DNA from: Octopus vulgaris
Taxonomy: Eukaryota
Length of the DNA stretch: 64,000 nt
Reading direction: 5' to 3'
NCBI GenBank assembly: GCA_951406725.2
Contig: OX597824.1
Coordinates: 18,972,001 to 19,036,000 of the forward strand
Shown here: piece by piece, positions 29,240 to 43,345 of the stretch
Position numbering within the stretch: position 1 is the stretch's first letter
How the letters are laid out: every line of letters begins with the position of its first letter
Made by a program: the position numbers and the translations under genes
Notes under the pieces: model-generated
The model's input: the letters and a program-made list of their open reading frames with translations, nothing else
What the model was told of the DNA's origin: nothing
Databases searched by the model: none

Positions 29240-29862
29240 TTTTCTCTCTCTCTCTCTCTCTCACTTCCTCATCTGCCTCTCTATTTCTCCGCTGCCTCTC
29301 TATTTCTCTCTCTCTCTCTCTTCTTCTTCTTGTGGCTCTCTATTTCTCTCTCTCTCTCTTCCCTCCTCTACCTCTCTATTTCTCTCTCTCTTCTTCTTCT
29401 TCTTCTTCTTCTTCTGCCTCTCTATTTCTCTCTCTCTCTCTCCTTCGTCTGCCTCTCTCTCTCTTCCTCATCTGCCTCTCTATTTCTCTTTCTCTCTCTC
29501 TCTTCTTCTTCTTCTTCTTCTTCTGCCTCTCTATTTCTTCTCTCTCTTCCTCCTCTGCCTCTCTATTTCTTTCTCTCTTCCTCCTCTGCCTCTCTATTTC
29601 TCTCTCTTTCTCCCCCTCTCTCTCTCCCTCTCTCTCTCTCTTCCTCTGCCTCTGTATTTCTCTCTCTCTCTTTTCCTCCTCTGCCTCTATTTCTCTCTCT
29701 ATCTCTCTATTCCTCTGCCTCTCTATTTTTTTCTCTCTCTCTCTCTTTTCCTCCTCTGCCTCTCTATTTCTCTCCCTCTCCCCCTCTCTCTCTCTCTCTC
29801 TCTCTTTTCCTCCTCTGCCGCTCTATTTTTCTCTCTCTCTCTCTCTCAATTTTTTTTCTCTC
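29240..29862. repeat. CT-rich minisatellite with CCTCTGCCTCTCTATTTCTC units
   Basis: Direct inspection. Confidence 0.85.
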
Positions 29863-30557
29863 TAGTTCTTTAGTAGGATATTCATTGCTATTTCATGTTC
29901 GCTGATCTTCAAACCACGAGAAGAAGGCATTTTGCCAGTAAATTCTTTCTCGAGCCACCAGCAATCCCACTTGGATGAAAACATGAGCTTATAAATGAAA
30001 CGTGATCGCAGTTATTTATCTACTTCCTTTCAGATTGTTGAGGGCGACATCTATCTAATTATATTTAACCCTCCCATTTATTAACGAGTTCACTGTAAAG
30101 TTGTGAAAAGGCTAACCCTTTCCATGAGATATGTTCAATCTCTTTAAAACTATTTCCTGTGAAAGATGTCTGTTGAATCCACTTCAATAATTCTTCAGAA
30201 TCATCTAGTTCTTATCAATGGTTTCTATCTCTCGTCTCTTTTGTGCAGTTGCACTTCATGAGACGGAGATTCTCTCTCTCTGATTGACATACATTTCCAT
30301 CAATGGTACTGCGTTCCTGCTAATGCTATTTCCACATGAATTTCTTCAGGCTGAGCAACTATTTCTTCAGGGTGTGCCATTAAATATATCGCAGCTCGAT
30401 TTTCCTTTCTTTCTTCCTTCCTTCTTTCCTTCCTTCTTTCCTTTCATTCTTTCTTTCTTTCTTTCTTTCTTTTTCGTTGATTAAATTTCATATTTTTTTG
30501 CGTTGTAAAAAAAAACTAATATAGTGTCAATTAAACAGTATTTATTTAATTTCAATA

Positions 30558-30627
<70 letters not shown>

Positions 30628-30680
30628 GTATATATATATATATATATATGTATACATACATAATACACACACACATATAC

Positions 30681-30731
<51 letters not shown>

Positions 30732-30771
30732 ATATATCTGTGTGTATGTATGTATATATATACACATACAT

Positions 30772-30818
<47 letters not shown>

Positions 30819-31502
30819 TGTGTATGTAAGCACTTCTGCTCACGTGCCTCTATGCGTAGAAACTTCTTAGTCATTCTGCTTCGGTCACATGACAAACAAC
30901 CTTGTCTCGTTGAATAGCATCGAAATACAGGAATCCAAGAAACAGAATATGCATATATATATATATATGTATATATAATTCTTCATACGACTTCCTCGCG
31001 ATTCCTAAAAGCTACGCAACTCAAAATTATTCACATTTCCTAGCGATACGAATCCTTACAATATGCGCTGACAGCTTATGTGACGAGCAGCGATGGCTGA
31101 CAAAAGTTAAATGAAAAAAAAAAGGACCGCATCTATATCGTTAACTAGTATGGCGTTACAAGACTAGGTTTTCATGGACACCAACAATGCGTTTTAATCA
31201 GCTTTTATTTAGCTGTTGTTGGCTACCAGTGGTTTCGCACAGCTTCGATAGCCGGTCGCATTCTTATGAAACTTTATGTATTCATACGTGTTGGTGATTT
31301 CTCATTTATCACAGTTAAATTCTAAGGAATAAAATACCATATTCAGAAAACGAGGGCATTCACGTATCTTTCAACATGTTTCAATATATGTATATATGTA
31401 TGCATGGTTGCATTTATGCATGTATTATGCGTGTATGCATACAAACATACGTATACATATATATACACGCACATGCATACGTGTTTATACATACATACAT
31501 GC

Positions 31503-31540
<38 letters not shown>

Positions 31541-31565
31541 TTGTGTGTGTATTTATGTATGTATG

Positions 31566-31599
<34 letters not shown>

Positions 31600-31894
31600 T
31601 GTATGCATGTATGCATGTATGTATGTATGTATTTATGTATGTATGCATGTATATATATATGTATGTATGCGTGTATGTATGTATGTATGTATGTATGTAT
31701 GTATGTATGTATGATGTATGTATGTATGCATGTATGTTTGTATGTATGTATGTATGTATGTACTCTTCTATTTTTAATTATTTGGATTCTTCGTGTAAGA
31801 AAGTTGGTTCTTAAAGATACAAGCTCCATCGATGGAATCTATACACACATACATATGCACACACACACACACACACACATATTCATTACATATA

Positions 31895-32049
31895 TGTGGC
31901 TGTGTGGTAAGTACCTTGCTTACGAACCACATGGTTCCGGGTTCAGTCCCACTCCGTGGCACCTTGGGCAAGTGTCTTCTGCTATAGCCTCGGGCCGACC
32001 AAAGCCTTGTGAGCGGATTTGGTAGACGGAAACTGAAAGAAGCCCGTCG

Positions 32050-32086
<37 letters not shown>

Positions 32087-32322
32087 ATGTGTGTGTGCGC
32101 GTGTGTGTGTGTATTTGTGTGTCTGTGTTTGTCCCCCCAACATTGCTTGACAACCGAAGGTGATGTGTTTACGTCCCCGTAACTTAGCGGTTCGGCAAAA
32201 GAGACCGATAGAATAAGTATTAGGCTTACAAAGAATAAGTCCTGGGGTCGATTTGCTCGACTAAAGGCGGTGCTCCAGCATAGCCACAGTCACATGACTG
32301 AAACAATTAAAAGAGTAAAAGA

Positions 32323-32323
<1 letters not shown>
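31895..32323 (+). mobile_element. SINE family A
   Basis: Identity to the other copies. Confidence 0.9.
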
Positions 32324-32387
<64 letters not shown>

Positions 32388-32482
32388 CATACATGAGTAA
32401 AGTATGTCTGTCTAATATTTCCAATATAAATAGCTGTAGGATATCATTAAAATTTCAGACTATCCAGTGACGCTGTGGAGTA

Positions 32483-32546
<64 letters not shown>

Positions 32547-32902
32547 ACGTTAAAGTGTATCGGTCCGGCATGTCAAAAATCTTTGCGCGAAACCAAAACA
32601 CCTTCGAGCACGTTCGACAATCAAAGTCGGTTACTTCCCTTTAAACTTTGTCACCTTCGTCTTTCGTCCTCCTCCTCCGCCTCCTCCGCCTCCTCCGCCT
32701 CCGACCTTCATAGATCAAGACTCTGACATCATCGACCGAACGCTTTGGCTTCATTCCAGACGCTGAAACCCGTAAAAGAATAACCGATTATAAGAATGTG
32801 TAAAGCAAACATTTATTTTCAACCGTTTTCAGTTGGGTGTATCACTGTCATGACATCATATTACGATATCATTATAAACATTATGTTTTATTATTATTAT
32901 TA

Positions 32903-32935
<33 letters not shown>

Positions 32936-32976
32936 GTAGTAGTAGTAGTATTATTATTATTATTATTATTATTATT

Positions 32977-33467
32977 GAGTGAGAGAGCAGTGCAAGCCAT
33001 CAAAGTGACACTGGGGTAAAATTTACGAAGCCCAGTATACCCATCATGACTACCTGTCTGATAAGAGTACACCAGGCACATGCATCACAACCATATGTGT
33101 GCGACATGGTGATTTCATAAAAAGATAAACAGCACATGACCTTGCAGGTGGGGGCCCACTTAGAATTTTCTTCAGGTCGAGTAACCCATCCTGCACAAAA
33201 GGTCCCTGAATAAGGGTTGTTTAAGGATGTTGAACAAAACACCCATGTTTCCAGAGGTGAATTATTCAAGCCCCAAAGAATCCCTCTCAACACATGGCTA
33301 TGATGCTCCCCCACTACTTCTGCTCGTGATCAGAGATGCACATATCGTCAGCCACTAAGGGACATGCTCAACTGGTGAAGGTCAAACAACTGACAAGCAA
33401 AAATGTGGTATTGAGCAGAATATTTGCTGTAGCCCATCTTTTATACCAAGACAAAACAATGTACATG

Positions 33468-33469
<2 letters not shown>
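32977..33469 (-). mobile_element. ~550-bp (AAT)n-associated element
   Basis: Reverse copy between (TTA)n tracts. Confidence 0.85.
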
Positions 33470-33539
<70 letters not shown>

Positions 33540-33546
33540 TATTATT

Positions 33547-33590
<44 letters not shown>

Positions 33591-33595
33591 TATTA

Positions 33596-33659
<64 letters not shown>

Positions 33660-33932
33660 CATTATTCGTGGTTTGAGAAATACATCAAGAGCTTCCTGTC
33701 TTGCAATAAAAACAATTAGTTAGACCATGGAAAACATCTATAGAAAGTGTTCTGGGATAACAAATGCTGTGTGAGAATGTCCTGACAATATTTATAGAAG
33801 CTTTTGTTTGTTTTGTTTGGTGGTTTTTTCTTTTCTTCTTTTTTCCTTGATATATATTTGGGATCTTCAGTTTCCGGATATGATTAACCTTTTAATGCCG
33901 TGCCTCTCTTGTTGATCATCATTGTTTTGTTA

Positions 33933-34471
33933 TGTGGTTATGTTCCACCTCTACGGCCCTGCTGACTGCTGTTACGGCTGATTCTTGGCTAGATTTGACT
34001 AATCCAAGATCTAAGCTAATTTTCTTGGAAGTGCCTTGGTGCTGGCGTGTTATTCAACTTGTTACATTTTGTACGAATTTAGTCAATGATGATACCCAGC
34101 AGGCCTGTCGCTGGTGGCCCCGGCGCGTAGAGGAGCGGGGAAACGGAAGGTGGCCTGAATGCGGCGGCCACCGCGGGGGCTGACGGCGGCTTTGGCGGGG
34201 GCTGACGGCGGCTTTGGCGGGGGCTGACGGCGGCTTTGGCGGAGGCTGACGGCGGCTTTGACGGACGTCTCCGGCAGCATCGCGACAGATGCCGGGGACA
34301 TACACCTGCCGGCTACTACCCCTTAATATAGTCTCGACCCCCTTGGGGTGCGACGGTCACCTAGAGCGTGACTATCTAGCGTAGTCCGACCCGTAGGTTC
34401 ACTCGTAAGTTTACGTGAAGTTACGGGTCGGGCCTTGTCGCGGACCTGCTGGGCTTCATCATTGGGCAACG
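33933..34471 (-). mobile_element. Probable solo LTR
   Basis: Flanked by the 5-bp direct repeat TGTTA (33928-33932, 34472-34476); termini TG...CG (CA expected); GC-rich core; TATA-like CTATATTAAG on the minus strand (34322-34331). Confidence 0.5.
34173..34260. repeat. 22-bp GC-rich tandem repeat x4
   Basis: GCGG(G/A)GGCTGACGGCGGCTTTG four times. Confidence 0.95.
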
Positions 34472-35530
34472 TGTTATATCATTTCTTTTACTTGTTTCAG
34501 TCACTAGACAACGGCCATCTTCTGGCAGGCACCGCAAATTTTGAAAACGGCGAGCCAACATCCAAAGATTGTATACATTCTTATGGAAGGTTGAGCATTT
34601 AATTTGTATGTCAAAAAGCACACCCACCAACCGTTCTTAAACAGCCTCTCTGTTGAAAATTTAAACAAAAATGTACTAACGGAAATAACTCAGCGTGGCT
34701 AGTAGCATGTATATGAACAAAATAAACAAGTGCGGGTATATCAGTTACCATACAACGTAAATTCTTGATTTAATAATTTATCTCCGCCTTTCAAAGTATC
34801 ATAATTTATCTCCGCCTCTCAATGAAGTATCATAATTACAAAATGGCGACTGAGATAAGTTCTACTTGAGAAGGGGAGATAATCTGAAGACTCAATCATT
34901 CTCCAAAACTGACACACTTTTAAAGAAAAGGACAGGTTATATTGTTAGGAGATGAGAGGACAGTCAAAGTCGTATGTTTCTGCCTCATTAGCCGTCATCA
35001 GCACGACATTTGTTCTTCCTTATTTCCAAGTAACCAAGGGACTTAGACTTATAAAAAAAAAACGAATTCTGTCAGCAAAGGTGTGCTGAATGGGAAGTGC
35101 AAAAGAAGAGGGTTCAGTGTTTGTCTAAATACCTCTTTACAATACTCCAATATTATGTTTGACTACTGGACACGACTGCCACAGACTGATTGACACTGAG
35201 GCACAAAAGGTTGCAAGCTAAAAGAAAACTTCTGCTGCCGCCGTCACTGCTGCCGCTGCTGAGAGTTCATGTAGAAAGCTAAGGTAAATAGTACACCAAA
35301 CGTCTCACATTCTGATATGGAAATTGGTATTCGATAAAACTCGTCTATCATCTCTGAATCCAGCAGTCTATGCAAGACTTTGAAAGCAACAATGAGTATT
35401 GGACATCGTCGACAACAAAAGAGAAGCAAAACATACACACTAGTGTATACCATAACTATAAGTACATACTATGTGTATATGTGTGTGTATATGTTTGTAT
35501 GAATATACATACATACATACATACATACAT

Positions 35531-35573
<43 letters not shown>

Positions 35574-35674
35574 AATATATTATGAATAAATTTCACCATG
35601 AGATGCTATTTAAAATCATACGATTTTAAATAGCATCTCTATCATTCGATTGACTACACGGAAATTCATCCTTT

Positions 35675-35764
35675 TCTCTGATGAGTGGGTGTAATACCTA
35701 ATAATGATTATCAATTTGGGATTTAATTTTCGGAAGGCAACACATTCATGAAACGATCGTAAGA
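35675..35764 (+). ncRNA. Type-I hammerhead ribozyme motif with long stem II
   Basis: UCU-CUGAUGA-GUGGGUGU...ACAUUCAU-GAAA-CGAUCG-UA-AGA; palindromic stem III ACGAUCGU. Confidence 0.75.
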
Positions 35765-35913
35765 TATCTCAAACCTAGTACTTCTTCTATCGGTCTCTTT
35801 TGCCGAACCGCTAAGTTACAGAAGTAAACTCACCAACATCGGTTGTCAAGCGATGTGGGGGGTACAACCACAGACACTCACACACACGCACACATACACG
35901 CACGCACACACAT

Positions 35914-35966
<53 letters not shown>

Positions 35967-35968
<2 letters not shown>

Positions 35969-36137
35969 GGAGGCGCAATGGCCCAGTGGTTAGGGCAGCG
36001 GACTTGCGGTCGGAGGATCGCGGTTTCGATTCCCAGACCGGGCGTTGGTGTGTGTTTATTGAGCGAAAACACCTAAAAGCTCCACGAGGCTCTGGCAGGG
36101 GATGGTGGTGATCCCTGCTGTACTCTTTCGCCACTCT
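35967..36137 (+). mobile_element. tRNA(Arg)-like SINE family C, truncated, among family A fragments
   Basis: GGAGGCGCAATGGCCCAGTGGTTAGGGCAGCGGACTTGCGG...GGTTTCGATTCCC; homologue at 61337. Confidence 0.75.
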
Positions 36138-36188
36138 AAAAGGCGGTGCTCCAGCATGGCCGCAGTCAAATGACTGAAACAAAAAAAA

Positions 36189-36222
<34 letters not shown>

Positions 36223-36893
36223 CGACGGGCTTCTTTCAGTTTCCTTCTACCAAATCCACTCACAAGGCTTTAGTCGGCCCAAGGCTATAGTAGAAGACAC
36301 TTGGCCAACGTGCCACTCAGTGGGACTGAACCCGGAACCATGTGGTTGGTAAGCAAGATACTTACCACACAGCCACTCCTGCGCCTATACAGCCACTCCT
36401 GCGCCTGTACAGCCACTTCTGTGCCAAAGGCATTTATTTTTGATATATATGTTTGCGCATTTTTTGTGTTCATCTATGAGTGCGTGTATACTCTTTTTAC
36501 TCTTTTACTCTTTTACTTGTTTCAGTCATTTGACTGCGGCCATGCTGGAGCACCGCCTTTTGTATGCTTTAATTCCTTATTTTACGATGCATGTGATTAT
36601 GAGCAATAGATGTTATAAGATGCTGGAGCACAAATCATGGCCCAGTCAACGGGCATAACAATTGTTGATTGACTTGTATCAAAAAAATGAAAGCGTAGAC
36701 AAGTAATTGCCCAGCTGACTCCCACGAAGCTTCAAGTGCTTTTTTCAGCTTGCAGCCCTCGAAATTAGGGAAGATAAGACACATTGATAGCTGAATGCTT
36801 CAGTCTTTTTTTTTTTAATGTTGACGTCTGGGCATCAAACTGCGAGAAAGCATTCGCTAGCTGGAAAGCGTTAATTCCCACACAACGCCACCA

Positions 36894-37320
36894 ATGTTGT
36901 TGTTGTTGTTGTTGTTGTGGTGGTGGTGGTGGTGGTGGTGGTGGTGGTGGTGGTGGCGGTGGTGGTTGCTGCTGTTGTTGTTGTTGCTGTTTTCGTTGTT
37001 ATTGTTGTTGTTGTTGTTGTTGTTGTTGTGGTGGTGGTGGTGGTGGTGGTGGTGGTAGTGGTGGCGGTGGTGGAGGTGGTGGTGATGGTGACGGTGGCGG
37101 TTATTGCTGTTGTTGTTGTTGTGGTGGTGGTAGTGGTAGTGGTGGCGGTGGTGGTGGCGGTGGCGGTGGTGGTGGTGGTGGCGGTGGTGATTGTGGTGGC
37201 GGTGGTGGTGGTGGTGGTGGCGGTGGTGGTGGTGGTGGTTGTTGCTGTTGTTGTTGTTGCTGTTGTTGTTGTTGTTGCTGTTGTTGTTGTTGTTCTTGTT
37301 GTTCTTGTTCTTGTTGTTGC
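36894..37320. repeat. (GTT/GGT)n compound microsatellite
   Basis: Direct inspection. Confidence 0.95.
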
Positions 37321-39066
37321 GTTCAGTCCCTAGTCGTCTTTGATCAAGTAGAGCTATTTTGAAAAGAAAAAAATTCCAGCCTTGCTCATCCCACCTCTTT
37401 GAATTTCCCAGAACTACACGATCCGATGTGTCATTCCTTTCGTTGAAGAACATGTCGTGCAATTACTTCAAGAACATCTGACTACTATTTCTATCAGATC
37501 GATCTATCATACGGAGGTTCTTTCATCGAATCGAGCTTATTTGTTTATGTTTATTTGCTTTTTTGTTTTTTTTCATATTTCAATATAATCATAACTTTGA
37601 ATTCCGATGAAGTGAAGCTTAAATATCAATTCTATTTTGCTGTTATTATATAACCTTATCTATTTTTATTATCGCAAATGTTGGCAGGTCTTTGACGAAA
37701 TAGGATACATCATATGAAATATATTTTTCTTTGAAATACATAATCTTCTTGTTGATGTTTAGCACCATGTTCTGAAATAACAGTGTAGTTCTACGGTCAG
37801 CGTTTACAGTTGCCTTGGTTCTTTCTTGTCACTGGTTATCATTGAGCCGGAAAATAGTGTCGGGTAGTTTCTGCGCAATTCTATTCCACTTTTAAAATAT
37901 CACACAAGTCAGTGTCCTCTCTCATAGCCATAAAGTTTATGCTGATATTGGCCAAATAATCCACTTCAGGACCCACCAAGAATAAAACTGCTAATCAGTT
38001 CATCTTCAAGGACATGAAGGCCAAACGTTATCTTGATCACATTATCAATTAATCATGGGGCAATCATTATCATCCTAACTCTCTTTTTGCTTCTTCTTTT
38101 TCTTTGTGTGGGGGGGCAACTAAGATTTGACTGTGATTTGAACGCTAATTCTTTAGGTAAATTAACCATTTAGAGATCCATTTGTTGCATTACAACAGGC
38201 TTATCCTCATTGGGCAAACTTACGCTGGAAAAATATTTATTCCAGATCTGACCATCCCAACTTTCTAGGAGTTTCTATGACTACATTGTGCGTTTTGTAC
38301 TTGCTTTTTTAAGATAGTTAAATGTGCCCTGAGCGAGACTTCGTTTCTATCTCTGCCGTGTCAAGGAACCACATAGAATATCCCTGATTGACTCGGAGAC
38401 TAATCGCTCCCACCAGATGTAATCTGCCCCTCTGACACATCACAAGTAATGATGCTGGTTCATAGAGCATCATTTGAAAAAGTGTATTGGCTAAGTGAAT
38501 AAGAGGAAACGTACGAAATATCAGAACAGGGTTTGGAAAATATATAAATCTATGGAGGAGGGCGGTAATGTCCTTGCCGGTCACTCAGTTAGCAAAGTCC
38601 TTCAATGGTGGACTTTTGTAGCAGTGGCAGATTGATGAAACATTCTGTTGATGGATGTAGGAAGCTGCAGAGGAAGTCCCTAGGCGGTTTTAGATTACGT
38701 GAGTTAATTCATGAACTGTAGCTGCTGCAATGCAAATCAAGCTTTGAGCAATCACACATGCGTTGACTACGCGATGATGTCTGTAAGGTGAAAGACACGA
38801 TATACCTGATCGTCAAAGGTTACAACAATGATGATGGCTTCAACCTCAGCCACGAGGACGTATCTTGCACACACACAGACTCACGCACACACACACACAA
38901 CACACATACACACACAAACGCGCGCGCGCACAGACACACAGAGAAAAGATTCAGACGTGCACAAACACAGACACGCGGGAGCATAAACACGCATGTGTAT
39001 GCATATTTACATTTCCATCTACGTATATATCTTTACACATAATTATATATACCCATAGATATGTAT

Positions 39067-39132
<66 letters not shown>

Positions 39133-39134
39133 TC

Positions 39135-39193
<59 letters not shown>

Positions 39194-39426
39194 CTTGTAT
39201 GTATGTATATATAGCTTCTCAGCTATACCTATTCTGCACATGCCTGGTTTCATTACATAAAGTAAATACACACGCGGAGCAATGTTTCCTTGTTTGTTTG
39301 TCTACGAAGTGTTGTGAGTTTCTCTGTCTTACTTAACGCCAAACATATACACTCGCACACGATGTTCTTCTGCATTTGCTATATATATATATATATACAC
39401 ATACACGTACATACATACATACATAC

Positions 39427-39530
<104 letters not shown>

Positions 39531-40273
39531 ATATGTATACATGCAAATATGTATGTAAACATATATGTTTGTATACATCTATATATATATATAATATATA
39601 TCGTACATATTTGCTAGTGTGTATATAAGATTGCTTATGTATATATGTGTCGATGTCAATTTGTCTGTTTGTCTATCTATGCGTAAATAAACACAACACA
39701 TGTTTTGTTTATTTTATGTTTCATTTTATTGGAATAACATTAATTTTTCTAAAAACAAAACAGAAAAAAAAGACCTGTTTTCTCTTAAACTAATACGCTG
39801 TTTATTTATCTTCGTCACAAAACTTTTTAATGGTTCTCTTTAATGTTCAAACGGACCATTTTTCTAACACTGAACATACAGGTTAATTAAAGTTTCCTGT
39901 GTTTAAAACTCACACAAACACACACACACACAAACACACACACACATACACACACACGCGCACATATATATATATATATATACATAAATGTATCTATGCA
40001 TGTTTATATGTATATGTGTGTGTGTGTGTGTGTGCATATATATAAGTATATATATATGTGGGGGGGGCTGAGTGTATGTATATATGTTGGAGTATATATG
40101 TGTATATGTGTGTGTGTGTATATATTATGTATGTAGGTGTATACATATAGATATAGATATAATGTGTACGTATAAATATATGCAGCTACATACATTTGTA
40201 TACATGTATACATGCAAACAAATGCATAACAGACATACACACACACACACAAGGAGAGACAGACAGACAGACT

Positions 40274-40446
<173 letters not shown>

Positions 40447-40651
40447 TTATAATTTAGTTATCTAATATTATTGAATTTAATTACGTATGACGTTTATATT
40501 TTGTTTTTTCTTCAGTTTTAGGGGTCGTGGAGCAGGGGCCGGGTATTGTTCTTTGGTCTCATTTAGCTGACAGCAGCCATGTTGGGGCCGTGAATTCGAA
40601 GAGATTTTTAATGAAGGACATTGTCAGCGTAATCTGTCAACTACACATGTA

Positions 40652-40943
40652 TGTTGTTTGTTCCTTCTCGAGCCATGCCTGCTCATAAGGGCCGGTTTCC
40701 CGGTTTCCTTGGCGTATAGATCCCCCACCTGGAGGGGACGCCGGTCCGTCGCAGGTGAGCTGCAAGATGCAGGAGGAAAGAGTGGGAGAAAGTTGTGGCG
40801 AAAGAGTCAGTAGAAGTTCGCCATTACTTTCTGCCGGAGCTACGTGGAGCTTAGGTGTTTCGCTCATTAACACACACATCGCCCAGTCTGAGATTCGAAC
40901 CCGCGAGTCTGCTGCTCTAACCACCAGGCCATGTGCCTCCACA
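40652..40943 (-). mobile_element. SINE family C with V-domain-like segment
   Basis: tRNA-like head; CCTGCGACGGACCGGCGTCCCCTCCAGG resembles the V-SINE domain as I recall it. Confidence 0.65.
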
Positions 40944-41128
40944 ACTACACATATATCATGACCTATAGCTCTTCGACATAGCAAATTGACTGGAATATCC
41001 AGCTGATAAATATGTTTGAGCGTGTGCGTGCGTGTGTGTGGGCGCGCGTGTGTGTTTGTGTGTATGTATGTATATACACACTTAAACATATATGAATGTA
41101 CAAATATATAAATATAAATATAAATATA

Positions 41129-41280
41129 CGGCTGTGTGGTAAGTAGCTTGCCTACCAACCACATGGTTCTGGGTTCGGTCCCACTGCGTGGCACTTTGGG
41201 CAAGTGTCTTCTACTATAGTCTCGGTCCGACCAAAGCCTTGTGAGTGGATTTGGTAAACGGAAACTGAAAGAAGCCCGTC

Positions 41281-41325
<45 letters not shown>

Positions 41326-41563
41326 AGTATGTGTGTATATATTTTTGTGTGTCTGTATTTGTCCTTTCCCCCAACATCGCTTGACAACCGATACTGCTGT
41401 GTTTACGTCCCCGTAACTTAGCGGTTCGGCAAAAGGGAACCGGTAGAATAAGTACTAGGCTTACAAAGAATAAGTCCTGGGGTTGATTTGCTCGACTAAA
41501 GGCGGTGCTCCATCCAGCATGGCCGTAGTCAAATGACTGAAACAAGTAAAAGAGTAAAAGAGT
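41129..41563 (+). mobile_element. SINE family A
   Basis: Identity to the other copies. Confidence 0.9.
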
Positions 41564-41596
41564 ATGCATATGTATATATATATATATATATATATA

Positions 41597-41940
41597 AAGG
41601 GTAAAGACCCCCTTCGGTCATGAGTGACCATGGGTTTGCACCTAGAGAGTTACCCTCTGAGGCACAAGTCTGGGCAAGGTTGTTTTATGGAAGACCAGTA
41701 GTCGCCCATGCATACCAGCCTCCCCTCTCCACGCCACCAGTGTTATCCAAGGGAAAGACAAAGGGGCCGATACAGCTTGGCACCTGTGACGTCGCAACTC
41801 ATTTCTACAGCTGAGTGAACTGGAGCAACGTGAAATGAAGTGTCTTGCTCAAGAACACAACACGCAGCCCGGTCCGGGATTCGAGCTCACAACCTCACGA
41901 TCGTAAGCTCGACGCTCTAACCACTGAGCCATGCGCCTTC
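41597..41940 (-). mobile_element. SINE family B, full length
   Basis: GGCGCATGGCTCAGTGGTTAGAGCG...GAGCTCGAATCCC head; ends TTTACCCTTTA. Confidence 0.8.
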
Positions 41941-42010
41941 ATATATATATATATATATATATGTGTATATATATATATACATACACACATATACATATGT
42001 ATACATGAGA

Positions 42011-42057
<47 letters not shown>

Positions 42058-42058
<1 letters not shown>

Positions 42059-43345
42059 AATCGTGTTGTATGCCTCATTGTTTCTAGGGTTGTGGGTTGA
42101 TATATACAGTAGTGTTTTGAGATGAGGTGTGGCGTCATGTTTTGTCTAATTTCTTAGCACGCTGAATTCCCTCGTCTAATAAGTGAGGGCGATTATGTTC
42201 TTTCTGTCAGTGTTGTTTTGAAGTCTTGAAAATGAAGGTCCCGAGTAAGTTCTATCAGACACTATTGTGCAAATCCTTTTTACCAAATTAAAGGGAATAT
42301 TTATTTTGATGTGTTTCTGGTAGCATGAGCTAAAACGGAGATATCGTTTCGAGTCCGTTGGTTTATGATAGATGTCAGTTATAATTTTGTTGTTGACATT
42401 TGTTTTTTAATTTTCCTTCAAAAATGGGCGCTGTTCTTTGCTATATTCGATTGTAAATTGAATGTTACTGTTTATATCATTTAGTGTTGATTTGAAGTCC
42501 CAAAGTTTGTCAATGGTCTCCTTCCAAATGATAAAATAGTCATCCAGGTATCTTTTACAGTTTTCTCTTATGTAATGGTGAAATGGGTTCCCATATTTTT
42601 GAAATGATTCTTCATATATGGTGAATTCATAACAACCCATAATTAGGTTCGCAAGAACAAGGGCTGCTTTCGTTCCCATCGCAATTCCGCGTTTTTGACG
42701 ATAGTAGGTATTCAAAACCAAAAAAAAAAAAAGAAAGAAATAATTGTTCTGAAGTATAAATTTTAAAGATTCAATTATAAAGACCTGATTTATGCGTTCC
42801 GGGAGTATTTCGGGGTACTTTCCCAACCAGAATTTGATTGCTTTTATTCCATAGTCATGTGGGATGTTGATGTAAAGATTAACAACATCGAAGGAAGCCA
42901 GTAATGCCTTTCATTAATTGTATTTGGTATATGCTCTAGCATGTCTAAATCGTCTCTAGTGAAACTTTTGATGTATTTCAGCAACGGTTTCAGTAGGACG
43001 TCTAGAAAATTGCTTAGGCAGTGGGTTTCACAGGCTGGCGCAGCTATAATGGGCCTTAACGTTAAGTCTTCTGGCGCTTGGATATTTATGTATTTGCCTG
43101 ATGATTGTTTGCAGGCTTCATTAATTATCTTGCTCTTGTGTATTTTAGGCAGGCCGTAAAAAAAAGGCTAGGTTTACATTTGAAGTTTGTGATGTAGTCT
43201 GATTCTTTTTCTGTCAGACCTTTTCCATGTAGAAGCAAAGGATGTAAGATTTTTCATTGTTTTTTGTTGTTTATAGTTTACAAATTCTTCGTAGAAGGCA
43301 TCGTTTTCTATCATGGATAATACTAGATTTTTATAGTATGACGCA
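42058..43345 (-). mobile_element. Penelope-like element reverse transcriptase region (pseudogenised, inverted)
   Basis: FYGLPKIHK, LRPIIA, SFDVVNLYINIP, QKRGIAMGT, RYLDD, IQFTIEYS and TDIYHKPTDS motifs, with frameshifts. Confidence 0.92.

Noticed and set aside
34173-34260. CRISPR-like short repeats
   Set aside because: No spacers; a head-to-tail minisatellite in a eukaryotic context.
38300-38860. Possible exon or old LINE fragment
   Set aside because: No sustained reading frame or recognisable motif.
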